A stretch of DNA of 9,639 nucleotides from Octopus sinensis (lineage: Eukaryota): positions 1 through 9,639 of the forward strand of contig NW_021827887.1 in NCBI RefSeq assembly GCF_006345805.1, written 5' to 3'. Shown here one piece after another: positions 7,551 through 9,639 of the stretch. Numbering within the stretch: the first letter of the stretch is position 1; each line of letters opens with the position of its first letter. The notes under the pieces were generated by a model. That model was not told where the DNA came from. It did no database searches and saw nothing but the letters and a program-made list of their open reading frames with translations. The translations under genes and the position numbers were made by a program.

Positions 7551-8730
7551 TGCTAGGCTTGCGAAGATGTCCGTTCAGATATAAACATAAAACGCTTTAT
7601 TCAAGCAATGATATAATCTCAGTTTTGTTTCAGCATCTTCTGCGTTCTTGTAAGCAGATGCCTTATTCCCTGCTCAAAGAATTTCCTGTCTTTATTGTTG
7701 AAAATATCTTCCAGTTGAATCATTACATTCTTCTCAGAAATTTCTCCCATAAATAAAGTTTGGAGAGAACGTAGCATGTAGACATTTGAAGGTGCCAGTT
7801 CGAGCGAATATGGAAAGTGCAGCAAAACTTTCCAGCAAAGCCCCCAGTATCTTTTGCCACATCTGTAAAGAAGTGTGTGGTATGACATTTTCATGACGAA
7901 ATACAATGCCCCTACGATCTGGTGGATTCGGAGCATCGCTGCATTCAATTTCTCCTGCCTGGACGCAGTTCGCATTCAAATCGGTTGTCCTGTCCGTGGG
8001 AAGAATCTCACAAAAGAAACATAATTACAAACCTACAAAATTGAACGCATAACTTTCTTCGAGTGAAATCCTGCTTTTGTGGCTGCTTGTAGTATTTTGA
8101 TGTTCTACCTCCATGATTTTCTACGTTTCACATTGTTATATATGACCTTATTTTCGGCAACTTCCACCATTATCTTCAATAAAGACTCGTTGCTTTCGCA
8201 CCATTGCAATGAATCGCAGGTAGTTATCGGTTGGGCGAGATTAGCCTATTTCCATTGATGAGCGATTCAAGCATCGAGCCTGATGATGTAAACAAATACA
8301 TGCAGATGCTTCTCAACACTCCTTTTTGATGTTTAGGGAATATCTGCTGCGATAATCCTGTTCGTATAACGGGGTTGGTGTCGCTGTTAATATCAGTTCA
8401 CAGGGCCTGATGAGGCGTATTTTGAAACGAAAATATTTTCCGATCGAAATCTTGCAAACCACTTCTGTGACATATGTTCCATATCAACTTCCCTTCTGTC
8501 TAAAGCATATATCTCCATGTATGTCTCATTCACATTCTTGCTTTTTTTTATATAAAAATAAAGAAAAGATAAATATAAGTTTCACATTTATTCGGCGGGC
8601 AGTGGTCAATGGAGAGTGGAATAAAACATTTTGGGATATTAAATTACGAATTTTTATGGCGTTTGAAATTCCGACGTGGTTGACTTTATTTATCAATAGA
8701 GAGGATATAATAGACATCAACCCACTGTAC
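7551..8730 (-). mobile_element. Fossil mariner DNA transposon; boundaries approximate, TIRs not established
   Basis: Contains the transposase remnant above. 7551-7578 (TGCTAGGCTTGCGAAGATGTCCGTTCAG, preceded by TA) loosely resembles a mariner TIR. No convincing partner TIR was found at the other end. Confidence 0.75.
7601..8600 (-). pseudogene. Decayed mariner (DD34D) transposase, nearly full length (about 1 kb, about 333 codons); resembles mellifera-subfamily mariners
   Basis: Manual minus-strand translation gives colinear mariner motifs: YFYIKKSKNVNET, SQKWFARFRS (HTH region), QPRYTNRIIAADI, SKRSVEKHLH, RLDA*IAH (WVPH-motif region), CDSL, EVAENKVIYNNVKRRKSW (TGDEKW..YNN), KAGFHSKKVM, CEILP, RRGIVFRHENVIPHTSL (FHHDNARPH), WKVLLHFPYSLELAPSN (HPPYSPDLAPSD), KDRKFFEQGI and QN*DYIIA*. 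It has about 8 in-frame stops and at least 4 frameshifts (near 8025, 7960, 7930 and 7845). Track ORFs 7619..7975 and 7734..7979 are pieces of it. The start (about 8600) is approximate. Confidence 0.95.
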
Positions 8731-9024
8731 ATCAGAGATACTGTGGTGTGCTGTGGCACGATATCCGTAACTACCACCTCTACATAATATTTAGGTAGTT
8801 GTTAAAATTTTGTTTACGTTGTTAAATCCACGTATTTCTACGAGGTAAATGACACGATAAAAATAATAATTATAAGTTACTGCGGCATGTGCCAAAATTA
8901 TACGCAAAAAGACGACCACAAATTCTCAAGTTTGTATTCTCAGTTACCAGTATCATTCGTTCCTTTTACAAAAATATGTTGCAGCAAACGCACAAGCTTA
9001 ACCGAATCTGCTATCAGATTCTCT

Positions 9025-9145
9025 GTCAAAGAACCAAACAGCCCTGTCAATACGCTATTTCTTTCTTCTGTGTGCCCTATGAGTTCAAATCACGTTCGGG
9101 GCAAATTTGTTATTTAATTATTCGGTGTCGATAAGGAAGTATCAC
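9025..9145 (+). mobile_element. Degenerate octopus-type SINE fragment (copy 1)
   Basis: B-box-like GAGTTCAAATC (9081-9091) is followed by TTCGGTGTCGATAAGGAAGTATCA (9121-9144). This resembles the recalled 'tgagttcaaattccgccgaggtcgac...tttcggggtcgataaattaagtacca' SINE family. Confidence 0.55.
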
Positions 9146-9159
9146 ATAACGCCAAGGAA

Positions 9160-9275
9160 TTAGTGGAACTGTCCGAATGTCATGTCAGATGCCTTATATT
9201 ATTTGCTTCGGTTCCTTACATTCTAAGTTCCAATCCTGCCACGGTGTAGTTAGGTGATAGACTTAATCCGTTGCA
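9160..9275 (+). mobile_element. Degenerate octopus-type SINE fragment (copy 2, internally deleted)
   Basis: TTACATTCTAAGTTCCAATCCTGCCACGGT (9216-9245) resembles 'ttacgttctgagttcaaattccgccgaggt', and GACTTAATCCG (9260-9270) resembles the same family's 3' part (recall only). Confidence 0.5.
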
Positions 9276-9639
9276 AAGATTAACACCATCACCTGAAATC
9301 TTATGTACGTTCGTGGGGCCTTCTCTCTTCATGGCATCCAGCTGTCTTTAGTTTAAGGATAACTCTTTGCCTCTAACTGGTCACGGGCTCTCATTGTCTC
9401 TAGAATCAAATACATAACAAAAAACAAATAATAATGTAGAAAATTCATGATTATGTTCCAACATTTGCCGTCTCACTATTCCAACATAGTTCCTGAAAGA
9501 AATGCGTAAGATCAAAATCGATTATCATCATGTCATAGAAAGTCTGCGATAAAAGTACCATCAGCCAAAGGATATGCTTTAAGTGTAATTTTTTATTAGT
9601 CCGTGAACTCAACACAGGAACATTAGAAAGCAATTACAA

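Noticed and set aside
8407-8445. CTGATGAG...GAAAC hammerhead-like words on the + strand
   Set aside because: No stem II, stem III or stem I pairing can be formed. It is simply the antisense of mariner codons (FARFRSENIFVSKYASSG).
8713-8729. Possible second mariner TIR (minus strand TACAGTGGGTTGATGTC)
   Set aside because: Similarity to the left candidate at 7551-7578 is limited to a few bases and needs a gap, so it cannot be supported.
9290-9500. Strong minus-strand acceptors (TTTCTTTCAG near 9494, TGATTCTAG near 9400) and ORF 9451..9633
   Set aside because: Downstream frames hit stops, there is no good donor, and the peptide is not recognisable.
1-9639. CRISPR array, prokaryotic operon or phage system, telomeric array
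   Set aside because: No repeat-spacer periodicity, no gene-dense coding and no (TTAGGG)n tract; the composition is typical eukaryotic non-coding DNA.

Overview
AT-rich, microsatellite-dense eukaryotic non-coding DNA, either intronic or intergenic. The SINE types and the repeat landscape resemble octopus (coleoid cephalopod) genomes; that assignment is from recall, not a search. There is no intact protein-coding gene, and most ORFs in the track are artefacts of (TA)n, (CA)n and (GT)n repeats. The features I can support are a nearly full-length but heavily decayed mariner (DD34D) transposase on the minus strand (about 7601-8600), a full-length minus-strand tRNA-derived SINE with a 16-bp target-site duplication (2901-3272), several older tRNA-SINE fragments, and many simple repeats. 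Two short modules abutting (TA)n tracts carry minimal type I hammerhead-ribozyme-like motifs of the kind known from Penelope-like retroelements: a near-complete one at 4322-4363 and two broken ones at 1513-1540 and 1579-1653. These hammerhead-like modules are the best lead for something under-described. I see no evidence of a prokaryote-type system (no CRISPR, operon or phage genes).
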